This document shows, piece after piece, positions 27,181-41,231 of a stretch of DNA of 64,000 nucleotides; position 1 is the stretch's first letter, and each line of letters starts with the position of its first letter. A model generated the notes under the pieces. The model was not told where the DNA came from. It ran no database searches and saw only the letters and a list, made by a program, of their open reading frames with translations. The translations under genes were made by a program, and so were the position numbers. Source of the DNA: Octopus vulgaris (Eukaryota); NCBI GenBank assembly GCA_951406725.2, contig OX597818.1:23250001-23314000 (forward strand), in the 5' to 3' direction.

Positions 27181-27944
27181 CTAAACAACCAATCCCAACC
27201 ACTCGGGATTCATAGTATGGGTTGTACTACTCAACCTTACAAAACGCGGCTCACGAGACCTCTGTTTTGGGATGATTTTCCTGAGTCACTATTTCACTTT
27301 TGTACGCCTGTCTGTTGCAAGGTTACTACCCATTTACAGCTGAGTGGACTGGGGCAACGCGAAATGAAATGTTTTGTTCAAGAACTATATGTATGTTTGT
27401 GTAAATACATAGATATTTACATACATACATAATTACATACATATATACATACATATACATACACATGTGTGTGTTTGTGTGTGCGTTTACTAGACATACA
27501 AGCACACGTAGAAATAAAGAGGATGTAGCGATGCTGGTTATGGTTATCAATAATAGGATTTGGGGAAATACCTTAGGGTAGCCTTATTAGTAAATAGTAA
27601 GTGCCTATACTATAGAGTCTCGTGTATGCAATAGAATGAGTTGAAAATTTTTCGAATAACAGGGATTATCCTTGTAATTAAAAGACAAAAATAGTCCTTG
27701 GTGGTATTTAAAATAGCCAAAGACAAAAAACAAGGGAGATAACCTCAATAACATCAACTAATCTTCACATACACAAAAATATATTCATATATGTGTATTT
27801 GTATGTGTGTGTGTGTGTGTGAGAGAGAGACAAAGAGAGTGCGCGCATGCGTGCTTGAGCGTATTTATATATATATACGTAGGGCATACACACGAGCATA
27901 TACAACTGAAATAAGAATATGTCCAAGGCGACAGCACTCAATAC

Positions 27945-28210
27945 CGGATGGTAGGATGTAATGTAACACAATCAAAAGCAAAGATTCCAAGATCTAGAGC
28001 TGTTACAGTTTTTTGCATGTAATTGTCATATTACATAATCACGCCCACCTGGCCTTCTGCCTCTCACAGTTCCTTTTTCCATTCCAGAATAAACAAGACG
28101 TTATTGAGAGAGTTCGGTGTATTTTGGGTATCTCAATGGAATCAGGAATTAGACTAAGTCAGTTATCCGTCCAAAGTAGTTGTTTTCTTTCTTTTTATCA
28201 GTAACTATGT
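27945..28210 (-). pseudogene. Cadherin-like exon with stops
   Basis: ttttcttttag acceptor; candidate donors cag|gtgggc (28049) or ccg|gtattg (27945); contains KTVTALDLG (TVTA.DLG motif). Confidence 0.45.
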
Positions 28211-28399
28211 CTAAAAGAAAATGCTAACAAGAAGAGAGAGAGAGAGAGGGAGAGGGAGAGAGAGAGAGGGGGGATGGAGAGAGAGAGTAGATTATTTAGG
28301 AAAAAAGAGGAACAACCGAAGCAAAGAGTCAAGTATTAGAAGTTCCATGTTATATGTTAAGTGTTGAGTTACTGATATAGCATATACGCTAAACAGGAA

Positions 28400-28750
28400 C
28401 ACAGGTACGATTGTTAGTGTGTTGTGAAGTTATCAGGGTAATTCTGATTATGATTTAAGGATGTATTTCCGTTCATGTGTGCATTTTCCTAGTATTTCTA
28501 ATTTTGTGTTCAGGTAGATGTCTAGCTGGTCTAGGGTTAAAATATCAGCCTCTTCTCAGAAGTGCATAAATTTCAGGAGGCTTTTTTCCTGCCGTTCCTT
28601 TATGGCATCGATCTTTCTGGTATTTTATTATTTTACTCTGTTGCATGAGGCAATTTCTTTCAAAAACCAGATGTAGTTAGAGAGTTTTGTCGTGTGTCAT
28701 TCTCTGATATTTTTAAAGTTGGGCAGGTAATTCTAGTATCTAGAAAAGGG
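28400..28750 (-). mobile_element. Penelope-like GIY-YIG C-terminal fragment
   Basis: KLSNYIWFLKE...LCTSEKRLIF-like remnants. Confidence 0.5.
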
Positions 28751-31379
28751 CAGTCTATGAAGCTCTTCCTGCAGAAATATTAATGATTATTCCATGGACA
28801 GCTCCGGCAATGCCAATACTGGTGTCTACTAAGCAGTTGAGTGTTTATACCCCAACTGAAGAAACTCTATCAATCGGTGTTTGGAATAATCAAAGGGTAA
28901 CTTAAGACATAATACTATAATCATGGAACAGCGAGACACTACTTGCGACTAAACTCTCCACTTACATCTGGGTATTCAAATAAGCAGTCCCAAACAATTG
29001 TGTAAAAGGGAGAATTCTAGAAAGGTTTAGGCCATACAGGAACAGCAATAAAAACTACGATTTGTGCACTACTGAAAAAGGTTCGTATTAAAACCCCCAA
29101 AATCATTAGATGCGTAACTGAACTCAAAACCAGAAATATCAGAAAAATGATATGATCCTAAGATTATGGCTGGGACCGTCTCAATAATTCCAGAGTACAT
29201 TAACGTGACTTTCACACTCTGACACCTTCTAAAGGTAGATATAAGAATATAATTTTGGCAACTCAACACTAATGCCTTAATACCTACTAATATCTGAATC
29301 ATTGCTTCAGCATTTCTTTACAACTTAAAATTCAAATGAAATACTGTGCGTTTATTTCACCCTATTTGTCTTTACTAATTCTTTTTACTAGTCCATTAGC
29401 TTTTCATCCACCTGCTGTCTGCATATCTCTCTGTTTATCTTGCTATGTTACTATGAAGCGATCAACTCCTATCGAACTACAATTACTATTCATCAAGGTA
29501 AGACAGTTTGTGTGAATAATTGATTTACTCTCCTACCAGAGTTCACTGGAATATCCTAAACTGAAGGATGAAGCAAAACACAAGCTCGATTCACAGGAAC
29601 ATAGCGTGTGTTATAGTAGCACTGACTATAATTACAGTATTTATGGTGGCTGATACCATAATACTGTTCTGTGTCCATTTTAAATGTTAAAGTTTCTTTA
29701 CGTTTGTTACGCAATCTCTGAAGATTTGATAATGTAATCTGCTTAGGTTTTTCCTTATATAACAGATATTATTGCTAATAAAACACGTGTCTGATGACGT
29801 AACTAAATACTTAATCAACAACTTCTTCAGGTATGTTTCCTCTCTGTTCACACACACATATACATACATAAGCACACACACATACGTACGTACATACATA
29901 CATACATACATACATACATACATACATACATACATACATACATACATACATACGTACGTACATACGTACATACATACATGCATGCATACTTACATACATA
30001 CATACATACATACGTACATACATACATGCATACATACATACATACATACATACATACATACATACATACATACACATGCATGCATTCAAGTGTCCATATA
30101 TGTACAAACATATATTCACTGATAATCTCTACGACAACCGATCCCCGCCTCTTCTCCACTTCACACTTACGTATATCCAGTTAATTTCTGTTCTGTCTTC
30201 TCAGAATTTTATGCATCAAAAACCTCGTTTTTTGGGGGGGGTTTTTTAAAAAGCATTCATACTTTCCAATTTTTTGCTGTTCAACAACCGTATCACACTC
30301 ACACAATCATACACTACCTCGCTGACTGACAACTTAAACTTTATTACAGTTTCATTTTCTAATTGCGAAAACATACCACCAATTTTCACACACCATCACA
30401 TTTGTTGACTTACACCCTCAAACCTATGATTTTCATAGTTTCACAGCCATGTATATAAATATATATAAAAAGGAATACAAAAAATGAGACAAGATCGCAA
30501 AACATCCAGACAGCTAGATGATACAAAAAAGGGACAAGAAAATACATGGACGAGTCATTCGAAGTTTTCTTTCCTCAGTCGAGTTCCAGATTTTCTTTGC
30601 AATTTCGACTGGTTATACTCGAGATTGCTCCAATCTGGCCAGCCCAAAGGAAAAACTAAGCTAAGAGCACTAGATTCCTTGGAAGAAAGCAGCGAATGTA
30701 TACGAAAACAAGGATAGAAAAAGAACCGGAGAAATGATACACAAATATAAATGCAAATAGCAAGACATAACAACAGGTGTCTTTCGACTAAGGACGAATT
30801 AAATTAAGCCGGTGTGTGTGGAAGTGAAGCCTTACGGCAAGGACATAAGAGATGACAGGTATGGGGAGGAATATAGATGTTGCACGGATAGTAGTCGAAC
30901 CAAGAAAGAAAGGTCAGGCTTGGCCGAACGCCGGTGGAAAGAGAAAGAGGAGAGAGGTAGAGGCAGAAGGACAGAAGAATTAGGGAAGGACGAGAAAAAA
31001 GGAACAGAGTGAAGTGAAAGAGGAGAGAAGGTGAGAAAGAAGAGAAAGCCAGGAAATGTATGAGAGGGGGAAAGAAAGAAGAGTGGAAAGAACGAAGTGT
31101 GAAGGGGCTGACAGAAAGAAAGAAAGAATTAAAGAATAAGAGAGCCGTACAAAATTTATATATATATCCGCTAACACTTTTTTTTCTGCAAAATAGGGGT
31201 AGCTTATCCTGTTCAGGCTATTAGCATTATTCTGCGTTTAAAAATTTTAAATCACTTCTTTAACTTTTTAAGTCATCTCAACGCTTCTAAAAGCAAACTT
31301 CGTTTTTGTTTGTTTACGGTCATCGTAATTTGAATTATATAAGTACAAATTATGTAGGTACTTTGTCATGAGAGTCCAA

Positions 31380-31640
31380 GAAACCGATTATCCGGTCGTC
31401 TGCTGCAGAAGTAGGACACATCTGCTGTCGGAATACCTTTGTACCATGAAAATAAAGACACTGGAAGCGGAAACAATGTAGATCTGGACACGCAACGTCA
31501 CTAACGGACCAAATATGGAAACTAAAAGAAGAAAAAATAGAATATGAAATCGAATGGTCCATAAAAAAATGCACACCCGTATAATATATTATCCGGGGTT
31601 TGTGACTTGCGCCTTGAAGAACACAGAAATCCCAGAGAAC
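31380..31640 (+). mobile_element. Penelope-like GIY-YIG C-terminal fragment
   Basis: HATSLTDQIWKLKEEKIEYEIEWSIKK...CDLRLEE. Confidence 0.7.
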
Positions 31641-32190
31641 AAACAATGAGAAAATTCCGAGATGTTGCCACCGATTGAAATATACATTATTCCGACACTG
31701 CATAAAAGAATAACAATAATACAGTAAACTTCCTCCCTCTCCTCTCACCTCCCCTCATTCTTTCTTATACTAACTTACCAAAAATATCATAACACCCACA
31801 TCGCTATCTTAATATGTGTACATGCGAGTGTGTGTATATGTATACATGTGTACTTGCCTGTGTCTATCTATCTATCTATATATATATATATATATATATA
31901 ATAAAAATGGTAAATAATTTTCAGTGGTTTTTCATATAACCAACAATTATTTACCGGTAAATTTCGGTATGTAAATATGACAAATTTATCGTCAGGAACT
32001 TCTGGAAAGTTCAGTATATAGTGAAAATAATTAAAGGGCGAGCCGCATACCGTTTTTGCGTATGTGAATCGCAGGGTTCGTCGTATTTGGAAAATCCACT
32101 TATAGAAAATGGAAAAAACAGTCTTTGACTGCCATTTCTAATTCCTTCGGTATGCGGCGAGGCAGCCTGCTGCCCGCCCTTTAATTATTT

Positions 32191-32257
<67 letters not shown>

Positions 32258-32383
32258 ATAATAAATATTAGGGAATGAATCCAAATTTACAGGGAAAGAT
32301 CAGATTTAGGGTTAAATCCAATTTTATAGTAAAATATTATATAATATAATTCGAGACAAAACCACTGTGGTTTTGTCTCGAAT

Positions 32384-32509
<126 letters not shown>

Positions 32510-32619
32510 GGGGTGTGTATGCAAACGCACGCACGTGTGTGTATGTATGGGAATGTACGTATATACATGTGTGTGTGTATGTGCTCCTATGTGTTTTGCA
32601 CTAGCTTTCTTCCTTTTTT

Positions 32620-33925
32620 CAATTCTGCCTTAACAACTGTGCCAATCCAGAGCCCTGGAAAATTGCCAGTGTCGTTCCCCTGTTCAAAAAAGGTGATCGC
32701 ACATCACCTGTGATCGCACATCAGCCTTACTAGCCACATCGCCAAACTGATAGAGTCCTATGTCAGAGAAACACTCTTGAACATTTAGAGCTCCCACAGC
32801 CTTTTTCAGCCCTTTCAATTTGGTTTTATCCCAAATTGAGTTTCTTGAGGACATCACCCGAATTACTTGTGGCGGCTCACGGGTGGATGCTGTCTACCTT
32901 GATTTTGCTAAAGCCTTCAACTCTGTACCGCACAAACGACTCGTGGTAAAACTCTCTACAATGGGTGTGAAGGATGATCTCTATAACTGGCTGAAGAGGT
33001 AGTTACGGTTCTAGGACATCATTCTTCACCCTGCGAGATGATTTTTGGTGTACCACAAGGATCAAATTACTGGACCTCTACTGTTTGTTGTGTATATTAA
33101 TGATATAGATGCTAACTTGAAAAAGGTCACAGAGCTGAAATGTGCAGATGACATCTTGCTGTACCTCGAAATAAAAAGAACAGATCCTATGCGCTATAGA
33201 CCTTTCCTGCAATCAGACCTGGAAACAATGCAGCAATGGTTCTCTGACTGGCAACTCAAGCTAGCTGTGGACAAGTGCATCACCATACATTTTGGGAGGG
33301 AAAATCCAGCCTTTACATACTCCCTCAGTAACACCGATCTTAAGAAGTCTTCTAGCGGACGTGATTTGGGCATTATTGTAAACAACGATCTGCGTTGGAC
33401 AAACCACGTTGTCAAGAAGGTTGATGGGGTGCTAGCATTATCCAGTAAGACCTTTGTCAGCCGCTCTCTAGTTATCTATTTAAAATTGTATACGACAATA
33501 ATATGTCCATACTTGGAATTTGCATCACTAGTCTGGAACCCCTATCTTGCTCAGCATATAAATCTCCTGGAAACTGTTCACAAACGTGCAACAAAACGAA
33601 TACCCGCCGTCAGACATCTATCATACTCTGAACATCCTGCTTCCTCGGGTGGGGGCATGGATACATTTGAAGCTCAGATGTCTGGCAACTGCCTTAGTAG
33701 ACACCCACAAGATTATCTACCATCTTTGAGCCACTTTTTGAATTTCATATGACAAACACTGAGGACATGTTTATAAAATCAAAAACAACGCAGCACCCAT
33801 GACTTTCGGAAACATTTTTCCACGTTCAGAATTGTTGAAGCATGGAATAAACTACCCGCATCAGTTGTTAACTGTCGAGACACTACATCCTTCAAAACTA
33901 CCATGCTTCATGAAATCCTCCATCA
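32620..33925 (+). mobile_element. CR1/L2-like LINE RT pseudogene, 3' part
   Basis: VDAVYLDFAKAFNSVPHKRL, GPLLFVVYINDID, CADDI, LEFASLVWNPY. Confidence 0.9.
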
Positions 33926-34193
33926 GTGCACTTGATGGCCTGTTCTTTATGTGTTTTTTTTTTTAGTTGTAGTACACTTGAGTACTGTATACAACAATTT
34001 CCTTCATTATGTATTGTATGGGTAAGCGTACGTACGGATGCGTATATGTCTGTGTGCAGATGTGTATATATACATACGCACATGTGTGTGTTTGTGCACG
34101 CGCGTGTGTGTGTATATATATATATGTATGCATGTATGTGTGTATATATATATATATACACATACAAACATATATATATATATATATATATAT

Positions 34194-34506
34194 ATACAAA
34201 ATGAGAAAATGGAGAAATATATCTAAATCAATCATCAACCATCAGATAATACCCAATCAATACTTTATTAAACCACTACACAATAGCAATGACATTATAC
34301 ATTAATATAGTACAAATATAACAAGACATAGAAATAGAAATAGAAATACAGTATTTCTATTTCTATTTCTATGTCTTGTTATATTTGTACTATGTTAATG
34401 TATAATATCATTGCTATTGTGTAATGGTTTAATAAAGTATTGATTGGGTATTATCTGATGGTTGATGATTGATTTAGATATATTTCTCCATTTTCTCATT
34501 TTGTAT
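34194..34506. repeat. Near-perfect palindrome, 156-bp arms, 1-nt spacer
   Basis: Arms 34194-34349 and 34351-34506 are reverse complements with 3 mismatches by my count. Confidence 0.95.
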
Positions 34507-34659
34507 TATTAATTGACGGTAATAATTTTACCTTTGCCCACATAATACAGTAGATGAATTAATTGCATCGCAATTTTTAACATTTATGTATTAGGTTTGT
34601 TGTATTAACAGTATATTGGATATATGTTATCCCATGGAGGGTTGAATTTACAACCCCTA

Positions 34660-34707
<48 letters not shown>

Positions 34708-34709
<2 letters not shown>

Positions 34710-34808
34710 GACAGGCTTCTTTCAGTTTCCGTCTACCAAATCCACTCACAAGGCATTGGTCAGCCCGGGGCTATAGCAGAAGACACTTGCCCAAGATGCC
34801 ACGCATGC

Positions 34809-34878
<70 letters not shown>

Positions 34879-35134
34879 CATATACATATGTATGGGTGTG
34901 CGTGCGTATGTATATATGTGGACGAATGTGTATATTCTTTTATTCTTTTACTTGCTTCAGTCATTTTGACAGTGCCCATACTGGAGCACCATCTTTTAGT
35001 CGAAGAAATCGACCCCTGGACGTATGCCTTATAAGTCTGGTACTTATTCTATCGGTTCCTTTGCCGAGCCGCTAAGTTACGGGCACGTAAACAAACCAAC
35101 ATTGGTTGTCAAGCGATGATGGAGGAACAAACAC

Positions 35135-35206
<72 letters not shown>

Positions 35207-35345
35207 GACGGGCTTCTTTCAGTTTCTGTCCACCAAATCCACTCACAAGGCTTTGGTCGGCCGGTGGCTATAGAAGAAGACACTTGCCCAAGGTGCCACG
35301 CAGTGGGACTGAACCCCGAGCCATTTGGTTGAGAACAAGCTTCGT
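34708..35345 (-). mobile_element. CORE-type SINE plus additional 5' half
   Basis: Two cores (gacacttgcccaag at ~34782 and ~35279) and one tail. Confidence 0.85.
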
Positions 35346-35433
35346 ATGTATGTATATGCGCACGCATGAGTATATATGCATATATATTTGTGTGTGTGTT
35401 TTACAAGCATAAGTATATATATATATACACACC

Positions 35434-35489
<56 letters not shown>

Positions 35490-35792
35490 AAGGTGTGTGT
35501 GTGTGTTGTGTGAATTCGTATGTGTAAGCGTACATGAGCGTATATATGTAAAGTTGTAAGGGCGTACGTATGCGTATATAGATAGACGAGAGTATGTGTG
35601 TACATACGGATGGGAATATATGTAGAACTATATAGAACGATGTATATCTACATGTAAGCTCGTCAACTGAATGACCGGTGAATTCTTGAAGGTCAGCCAA
35701 TGACAATTATAAATGTAACTGACCATGAAGAACGTATTAACAGAACAAAGAAATAGATTGACACTCCCTTTAATATGAACCTCAATACTTAC

Positions 35793-36308
35793 CATCCATA
35801 CCATTGCCATCTTACCACTTCATCTATACATTTAAAGCGTGGAGGCGCAATGGCCCAGTGGTTAGGGCAGCGGACTTGCGGTCATAAGATCGCGGTTTCG
35901 ATTCCCAGCCCGGGCGTTGTGAGTGTTTATTGAGCGAAAACACCTAAAGCTCCACGATGCTCCGGCCGGGGATGGTAGTGATCCCTGCTGTACTCTTTCA
36001 CCACTGTGATCCCTGCTGTACTCTTACTTTCTGTTTCTGTTGTACCTGTATTTCAAAGGGTTGGCCTTGTCACTCTCTGTTTCACGCTGAATATCCCCGA
36101 GAACTACGTTAAGGGTACACGTGTCTGTGGAGTGCTCAGCCACTTACACGTTAATTTCACGAGCAGGCTGTTCCGTTGATTCGGATCAACAGGAACCCTC
36201 GTCGTCGTAACCGACGGAGTGCTTCCACATTTAAAGCAGATTCACCAACAGACTTTCAACCACAATATACATTTTGATATACTGAGTGGTTACTACCACC
36301 TCGCATAT
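35793..36308 (-). pseudogene. Cadherin-like exon split by a SINE
   Basis: cccattacag| ... atg|gtaagt; removing the SINE gives HSVYQNVYCG*KSVGESALNV*MKW*DGNG. Confidence 0.5.
35839..36226 (+). mobile_element. Full-length tRNA-derived SINE with 11-bp TSD
   Basis: A-box tggcccagtggt, B-box gtttcgattccc; TSD ACATTTAAAGC at 35828-35838 and 36227-36237. Confidence 0.9.
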
Positions 36309-36371
36309 CTGTAATGGGACAGATAGAAAGGATGCGGTCGAAGCCGAAAATTTGAATTTACGTAACAGAGA

Positions 36372-36410
<39 letters not shown>

Positions 36411-36571
36411 CTGATGAAACACAACAAGACCTCACAATGCGGAGAAACGGTAACATAACCAAATACCTGAGAACCTGGAGAACTACGTTGTGTGGAAACA
36501 ATTGTAGTGATTACAGATAAATGTTCCTCTGTACTCCTTGTTGACTCCCAGTTATTCAATTATATGTGTGC

Positions 36572-36676
<105 letters not shown>

Positions 36677-36843
36677 GAAAAAGCAGAAAATCAAACAATT
36701 TGATTCTGTAAACGTAGTTAGCTTTCTTCCTTTATTCATGTTATATATGATAAAATGTTGCAAAATTAAATTCTCTTCCTCGCTTGTTGTGCAATGTGAA
36801 GCGACAAACTCCATTAAAACATAGCGTAAAATATAAATAAATG

Positions 36844-37616
36844 CTGTATGTTCCGGCGTATAAGACGTGGTCTCACATATTGTACAAATATATTTTGTGG
36901 AAAAAAACAAATTTAGTATATTTCATCATACGCGTATTAAAAGAAAGTTATTTAAAGTGGTTATGTAGGGGATACACTGTTGTGACATCATATTGGAATA
37001 AAGTGTGAAACCATAAGTTTTTTATGTATTAAGTACATTATTCGAATACCGTATTTCAATTCAATCTTCTTTCACCTCAACTATATAGTTGTTTATATTT
37101 TGATTTAAGGGAATAGCCATAAAAGATGTAAAGCTCGTATCTCTAGCTCTTATGTTTTATGTTGCATCGCTGTGGTTTTGTTGTCATTCACTCATTGCAA
37201 ATAGTTGACAGTCGGGTGAAAGTTTAAAATTCCTTTCATCTTTGTAGAAGAATTTTCATGTAGCTAATTTTTTTAAATGTTTGTTTAAGGTAACACAGCC
37301 ATTAAGTAATGTAAGACACATATCAGGTGTGGGGTTATGTATGCTGGGGTAGGTAATATAATGAGATAATGTGACCCCTCTACATAACTGCCGGCGTACT
37401 GTAAACAATTTTCGTGAGTTCACATTGATAGACTGAGATATTTTGGTTTGTTTTCAAATTTTCTTATAAGGAAGAGTTACTGTGTCTCACGAACTTATTC
37501 TCATCAGGCTCTCTAGCCTACAATACTCGGTCTCTCAACCATAATATGGCCGCAGGGCAGTTTTTAGATACATTTAAAACTTAGTTTTTAAAAAGTGTCT
37601 TATACGCCAAGTACGG
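36844..37616. mobile_element. Degenerate Tc2/pogo-like MITE
   Basis: ctgtatgttccggcgtataagac ... gtcttatacgccaagtacggta inverted ends. Confidence 0.6.
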
Positions 37617-37982
37617 TAAATAATTACTCCTTATTCTTCAAGAACTATACATACTGTATAACCTTTTGTACATTTGAACAGATATTTTAGCGGCAAGAGA
37701 GAAAGAATGAATAACAGAAGTATATCGCTCACATCAGACATTGATTTACCAATGTTGTCATAACTTAAAGTCCAAATGATCTGGGCAACCACATTGGATA
37801 ATAAAAGGTATCTTGTTACAAACGCACAACATATATTGTTATATATGAATTGAAAAGTTGCAAAACGAAAACTTCTTATCCTTATTCATGATACATATAG
37901 AATTCAGAATATTAAGTTATCAAATATATTGCGATATTACATGTGTGTCAGTAGCGAATAAGTGTGTGTGTGTGTGTGTGTG

Positions 37983-38070
<88 letters not shown>

Positions 38071-38190
38071 AAATCTTTCAAACTTTGTCTTGTTATTTGA
38101 TTTTGTTTTGGGGTTTGGGTTTTTTTTATTGTTTAATTAATGAAAGCTTTAATTTGTGAAATGATATAAAATAACAATAATGCTTCTTAC

Positions 38191-38630
38191 CTTTACAAAA
38201 ACAAAATCCTTTATTCTCGGAGCAGTCAGAAATTTACGAAAATTCAAATAGAAATTGACTGTCTCTGCTTTTAAAATATATTTCTGTTGTTTTAGATCTG
38301 ATATGAAAATTATTGGTCTTAGCGATGAAAATAACAGAAATCGGAGTCAAATGGTCTTTGCAGGTGATGCAAGCAAGTGTCTGAGAGTAATCAAAATGTT
38401 TTGAATGATTTTAGTCTAGAGTATTGGTAAATGTTTATCTCCCCAAGGAACTCTATCAAAGCACCTTTTGCACAGCCACTTTTAGGTAAAATTCTTCTTT
38501 GGTCTCGACATCCACCTAGCGTGTTCTGATCTACTTTATCGTTATGAGAGATTAATACGGCCAGATGTGAACTTTCCAATACGCTTAAAAGAGATTAACG
38601 GCTCTTGGCATGTTGCTATGGTGAATAAAT
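38191..38630 (-). pseudogene. Large frameshifted cadherin-like exon
   Basis: ctttacag| ... aag|gtaaga; DLFTI...SGRINL, DQRRILPKSGCAKGALIEFLGEIN and IFISDLKQQKYILKAETVNFYLNFRKFLTA spread over two frames with stops. Confidence 0.5.
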
Positions 38631-39904
38631 CTGTAAAGCACACATTCTAAATCTGTCTAAAAGGTTACAAAATAAATAAATAATATAAAAAGTCAATAAC
38701 CACAGAAAAAGAGGAGTTGCAACGGGGAGAACATCTGAGTGGCTGGGGGTTATGGAATGATGCTGGTTGTAACAAAAAAATAAATGTTTCTCATCAATCT
38801 ACCTTGAGGGGATATCTTATTTCTCGAATCTTATCCATTGAAGCTTCAACTCACTCACATCATAATACATTTAATAAATACTCATGCACACATGCATACA
38901 CAGATACACAATTACATATGTACACACACCGTATTACCTTCGTTCATTTAGATCGCCTTAGAAATTCACAACGTTTATATAATATGTTATAAATTTTATT
39001 GTTACGGTGAAAATAGCAAGCTGGCACAATCTGACCGGTATTACCCTTTAACTGTCACGTGTGAAGCCAGACAAAATCAAGTATTATGTTAGAGGACAAA
39101 CAAGTGTTAAGACAATTAGAGGACAAACAATAACGTGATGAAATGAGTAATTATATAAAGCTATCGTCTCGCAAAGCTGATGAATTTCCAAGTCTATAGT
39201 GTACATATACGCAAGTATTTCAAATCTGCACTTGATTAATTTCCCATTTAGCCTTTAGTAATAGATATTTTTATTCCTTTAATACATTATTGCATTTCAA
39301 ATAAGAAATAGTAGAGCATCGGTCTTTCGTAACTCTACTTTTGCGTTCAAATCTCACAGAGGTTGCTTTCGTCCTTTATCAGTCAATTTAGATGACCTTT
39401 TGAAAGTAATCCCTAATTATAAAAGTGAATAAGGGTCAGTGTTTCAAGTAACAAGCCATCAGCCAGCAAGTCGGGATCACTAGCACATTTTTAACCCCCA
39501 GTTGAATCCCATTTTCAATCTATATACAATTGACCTTGTATCTAGTCCAAAGAAATTGATATTTTACTTTAAATGAGAATTGTGGAGGTGATCGATATAC
39601 TCAGAACACTTAACCAAATTCTGTATATTTTACATCTTCATATTCTGATTTAAATTTTCACATGGTCGACTTTGTCCTTCATTACTCTTTGGTTGACAAA
39701 ACAGTTAGGTACCAGTCATATATTGAATAGATTCAGTTTATCATACCTATTCTGTCCAAATATTGGGCTAGTGGATCAGAAAAGAATCAACATTTTGCCT
39801 TGAATATTGACGAGTATTGTTATACTTCTCTGACACTGTCACCCTTAAGAAAGCCCCCCCTCTCTCTCTATATATATATATACATACATATATATATATA
39901 TATA

Positions 39905-39980
<76 letters not shown>

Positions 39981-40035
39981 TATACATATATACATATATA
40001 TATATGTATGTATATATATACATATGTATGTATAT

Positions 40036-40124
<89 letters not shown>

Positions 40125-40149
40125 GAATAGAACCACCTAAGAATTATGA

Positions 40150-40750
40150 AAAGTAAAAAATACCCCTGACACAATATTTTGTTTATATATCAACACACAA
40201 TCCAAAAAACACGGAAACATACAACATCATCTATCAGAGTATTCCATTTTTTTAATGAATAATCCAGGAATGAAAAAGACACTCAAAACACGCAATGTAA
40301 TTAAAGTTAAAGACAAAATATTCAGAAAGTTATTTTCTAGCACCAACTTACACTCTAATAGTCCAAAAATGTAACCTCTTTAACTGTGGAATTTCCATCA
40401 ACCGTATTGAGAGCTTGATATATGAATTTAAATAAGGTCCAATATTTGCTACAAAACGTTTTTCACTTGGGCATCAAGAAATTTCACTTATGTATAATCA
40501 AATGCAATGGTTGTGAGAAAGACTATACAGAACAAATAGAATTAACTCTGATACACAGAGTGACCGTTCACCGTGAACAGATACGATACTCCAGTGCCAT
40601 GAAAATACATTTGGATCTTTGTCCAACAAACAGGCATCTCAAATTTTCCCTTTATATCAATGTATCGGGAGCACATCAGTTCAATTTTGATTCAGGAGAA
40701 AAACATCTTTGTTAAGAAATATAAATACTGTAAAATAAAATGAAAGAATG
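40150..40750 (+). mobile_element. Penelope-like GIY-YIG endonuclease fragment
   Basis: CIIKCNGCEKDYTEQIELTLIHRVTVHREQIR. Confidence 0.7.
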
Positions 40751-41008
40751 AGAAAACACTGTATTTTCGACTCAAATAAACAACTGAAACCAACAAAAAT
40801 AATAAAAGTATATGAAAGTAGAAGCAACGAGCTCCTTTCGGGATACGAAACCCTAACATCAATCTACTGTGTAATTACATTTTCGACCTTCTTTGCTGCC
40901 GTCTTGCTGGTATTGGTTAATTGAACTGAGTTTTTGCTTAAAATTGGAGTCTGAGGGGGAAAAAAAGAAAAACAAGTGATGTTATTAAGCATTCAGTCGA
41001 CCGAAACA

Positions 41009-41231
41009 TTAGAAAATGAGTGACGTCTTAAACGAGTCAGCCAACCAGAACGTTAGGCTACTGTCAGACAAAAATAAGTGGCGTTTTAGAGTAAGTATCG
41101 AATCAGGACTTGAGCCTATGATTTGGAACCAACAAATACAAGGCAGTATCAGCTTGAAACATCGTTTAAGTTTCACTTTCGAAATAGTATAGCAAACAAC
41201 GAGCAATTCTATTTCATACAACTCGACAGAG
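41009..41231 (-). pseudogene. Cadherin-like exon remnant
   Basis: tttttattaaag acceptor; SVELYE...CWFQIIGSSPDSILTLKRHLFLSDSSLTFWLADS. Confidence 0.45.

Noticed and set aside
35839-35915. tRNA gene
   Set aside because: The tRNA-like part is the head of a SINE with body, tail and TSD; no clean acceptor stem.
36411-36460. Additional hammerheads at other CTGATGA sites (also 8631, 39177, 60038)
   Set aside because: No convincing stem II/GAAA/stem I arrangement.
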